From NCBI GenBank assembly GCA_018968885.1, contig JAGWZK010000010.1, positions 80,194 to 104,193 of the forward strand: a stretch of DNA of 24,000 nt, written 5' to 3'. The position numbers were made by a program, and so were the translations under genes. Shown here piece after piece: positions 22,874 to 24,000 of this stretch (its first letter is position 1; every line of letters starts with the position of its first letter). The notes under the pieces were generated by a model, which saw only the letters and a program-made list of their open reading frames with translations, had not been told where the DNA came from and did no database searches. This DNA is from Planctomycetota bacterium (GTDB lineage Bacteria; Planctomycetota; Phycisphaerae; Phycisphaerales; UBA1924).

Positions 22874-24000
22874 TCATCCGCCGGAATGATCGCCCCTCGC
22901 CGCGTTCTCGGACTCAGCTGTGTGAGTCAAGCCCCTTACTTTGGCCACCTGTTCCATCGCCCATTCTGGTGGGATCGGCTTCCCGCCAAATCGTTCAGCA
23001 TTCAGCGCTGTCGCCATCTCGGCAAGTACCCCTCGATGCCCTGCATCGCCCACTGTGGCGATCCGCTGCAACAAGGGCAACTGGCTCGCTGTGGCCAGTG
23101 GCTCACGCTTCAGCCACTGATCCACCTCGCGATACAAGCGTGCTGACGGAGGTGACAATTCGATCGAACGATCCGCTCGCTGCCGCCAACCCCACAAGCG
23201 AACACCGACCCATCGCAGCAGGCCAAACGCACCGACGATCACCAGCGTGGTGCCCATCACCATGCCACCCACCGTGCCGATGCGCTTTATCGCAGATTGG
23301 CGTGGCTCGCCCGTCTCAGGATCGACCTGCATCAGCCCGCGCACGCGCTCTTCGATCCACGTGGTCGTGCGCCGATCCAGAAATGCAGTCTGCTTGGCAT
23401 CGTCATACGACACCACGTTTGCGACCCAGAAGTACTCCATCGAGTCCAGCCATTGACCCAGTTTCCCTGCCAGATTCGGATCAGGGCGATGCACTCGCCG
23501 GAAATCTTCCGGCGGCGTCGGGTCATACGTCTGCCACCCGTGCCACGTGGGAATCTCACCATGCTGGCCCGACTCCATCAACATGTTGGCAGGGATTGGA
23601 GAAGTGCGCGCCTCAACCCAGGCGTGCGCATTGCTCTGACGCACCACGTAGCTGGAGGTCGCCTCGGAGAACTCCGCAGCGACATATCCAGTGATCACCC
23701 GCGTTGGAATTCCCACACTGCGCCCCATCAACGCCAGGGCACTGGCAAAATACTCGCAGTGTCCACGCCGCTCCGAAGTCAGAAACCACTCCACTGGATC
23801 TCGCCCTGAGGGAGCCGCCACCAGATCAAGTGTGTACGAGAATTCGCGGCGGAGGTAACTCTCCATAGCCCGCATCGCCAGCGCATCATCGGTCGCCGGG
23901 CGAATCGCCGGATCGGGCTCGATGCGTGCGCGGGATAGAACTTCCCTTGCGATCTGCGCGATCTCACGCGGAATATTGGCCGTACTGACGTCGCCTCGAA
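22874..24000 (-). CDS. Transglutaminase-like cysteine protease-fold membrane protein (5' end beyond the window)
   Basis: Core motif ERRGHCEYFASALALMGRSVGIPTRVITGYV (Cys), NAHAWVEA (His) and WQTYDPTP (Asp), followed by a TM segment (VGGMVMGTTLVIVGAFGLL) and a C-terminal helical domain. The frame stays open upstream of the track Met at 23875 through to 24000 (…TANIPREIAQIAREVLSRARIEPDPAIRPATDDALAMRAMESYL…). Confidence 0.85.
   Translation of the reverse strand, partial: RGDVSTANIPREIAQIAREVLSRARIEPDPAIRPATDDALAMRAMESYLRREFSYTLDLVAAPSGRDPVEWFLTSERRGHCEYFASALALMGRSVGIPTRVITGYVAAEFSEATSSYVVRQSNAHAWVEARTSPIPANMLMESGQHGEIPTWHGWQTYDPTPPEDFRRVHRPDPNLAGKLGQWLDSMEYFWVANVVSYDDAKQTAFLDRRTTTWIEERVRGLMQVDPETGEPRQSAIKRIGTVGGMVMGTTLVIVGAFGLLRWVGVRLWGWRQRADRSIELSPPSARLYREVDQWLKREPLATASQLPLLQRIATVGDAGHRGVLAEMATALNAERFGGKPIPPEWAMEQVAKVRGLTHTAESENAARGDHSGG

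Noticed and set aside
1-24000. A search for tRNA or rRNA genes, CRISPR repeats, transposase or integrase genes, inverted terminal repeats, and defence or toxin-antitoxin modules.
   Set aside because: Nothing convincing was found. T-loop-like strings (for example GGTTCGAGATC near 15046) sit inside murC and lack cloverleaf context. There are no regularly spaced repeats beyond the short ones already listed.

Overview
High-GC (about 60% by eye) bacterial chromosomal window with 22 protein genes, 19 of them on the minus strand. I found no rRNA, tRNA, CRISPR array, IS element or phage genes. The core is a rearranged division/cell-wall (dcw) block. In transcription order on the minus strand it reads murC, murB, ddl, ftsQ-like, rsmH, a LysM membrane protein, ftsL-like and ftsI. 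A tiny lipoprotein, an orphan OppC/OppD-type ABC pair and a GT4 glycosyltransferase follow in the same orientation. Flanking genes are xseA (partial), an orphan secreted protein, an RluA-family pseudouridine synthase, a motif-degenerate 6-phosphogluconolactonase-fold protein and thiE with an extra N-terminal domain. Further along are rny (RNase Y), a beta-repeat lipoprotein tightly coupled to a low-GC small ORF, a YcgR/PilZ-type protein and a transglutaminase-like protein (partial). The supplied ORF track uses GTG/TTG as well as ATG starts, so I re-examined the start codons and shortened several of them. My best candidate for something undescribed is the non-canonical divisome neighbourhood at 3029-11969. 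There ftsQ-like runs directly into rsmH with no ftsA/ftsZ or mraZ. A bitopic double-LysM protein sits between rsmH and ftsL. Both the FtsL-like and FtsQ-like proteins end in lysine-rich repeat tails. ftsI is followed, with 3-5 nt spacers, by a small lipoprotein and an OppC/OppD half-transporter whose permease carries a roughly 65-aa charged insertion. This is consistent with, but not proof of, an FtsZ-independent PVC/Planctomycetota-like lineage; that taxonomic guess is weak inference. A secondary candidate is a roughly 430-bp structured divergent intergenic region upstream of rny with a terminator-like hairpin, which could be an sRNA or a leader. All functional calls rest on by-eye motif recognition, and no database search was possible.
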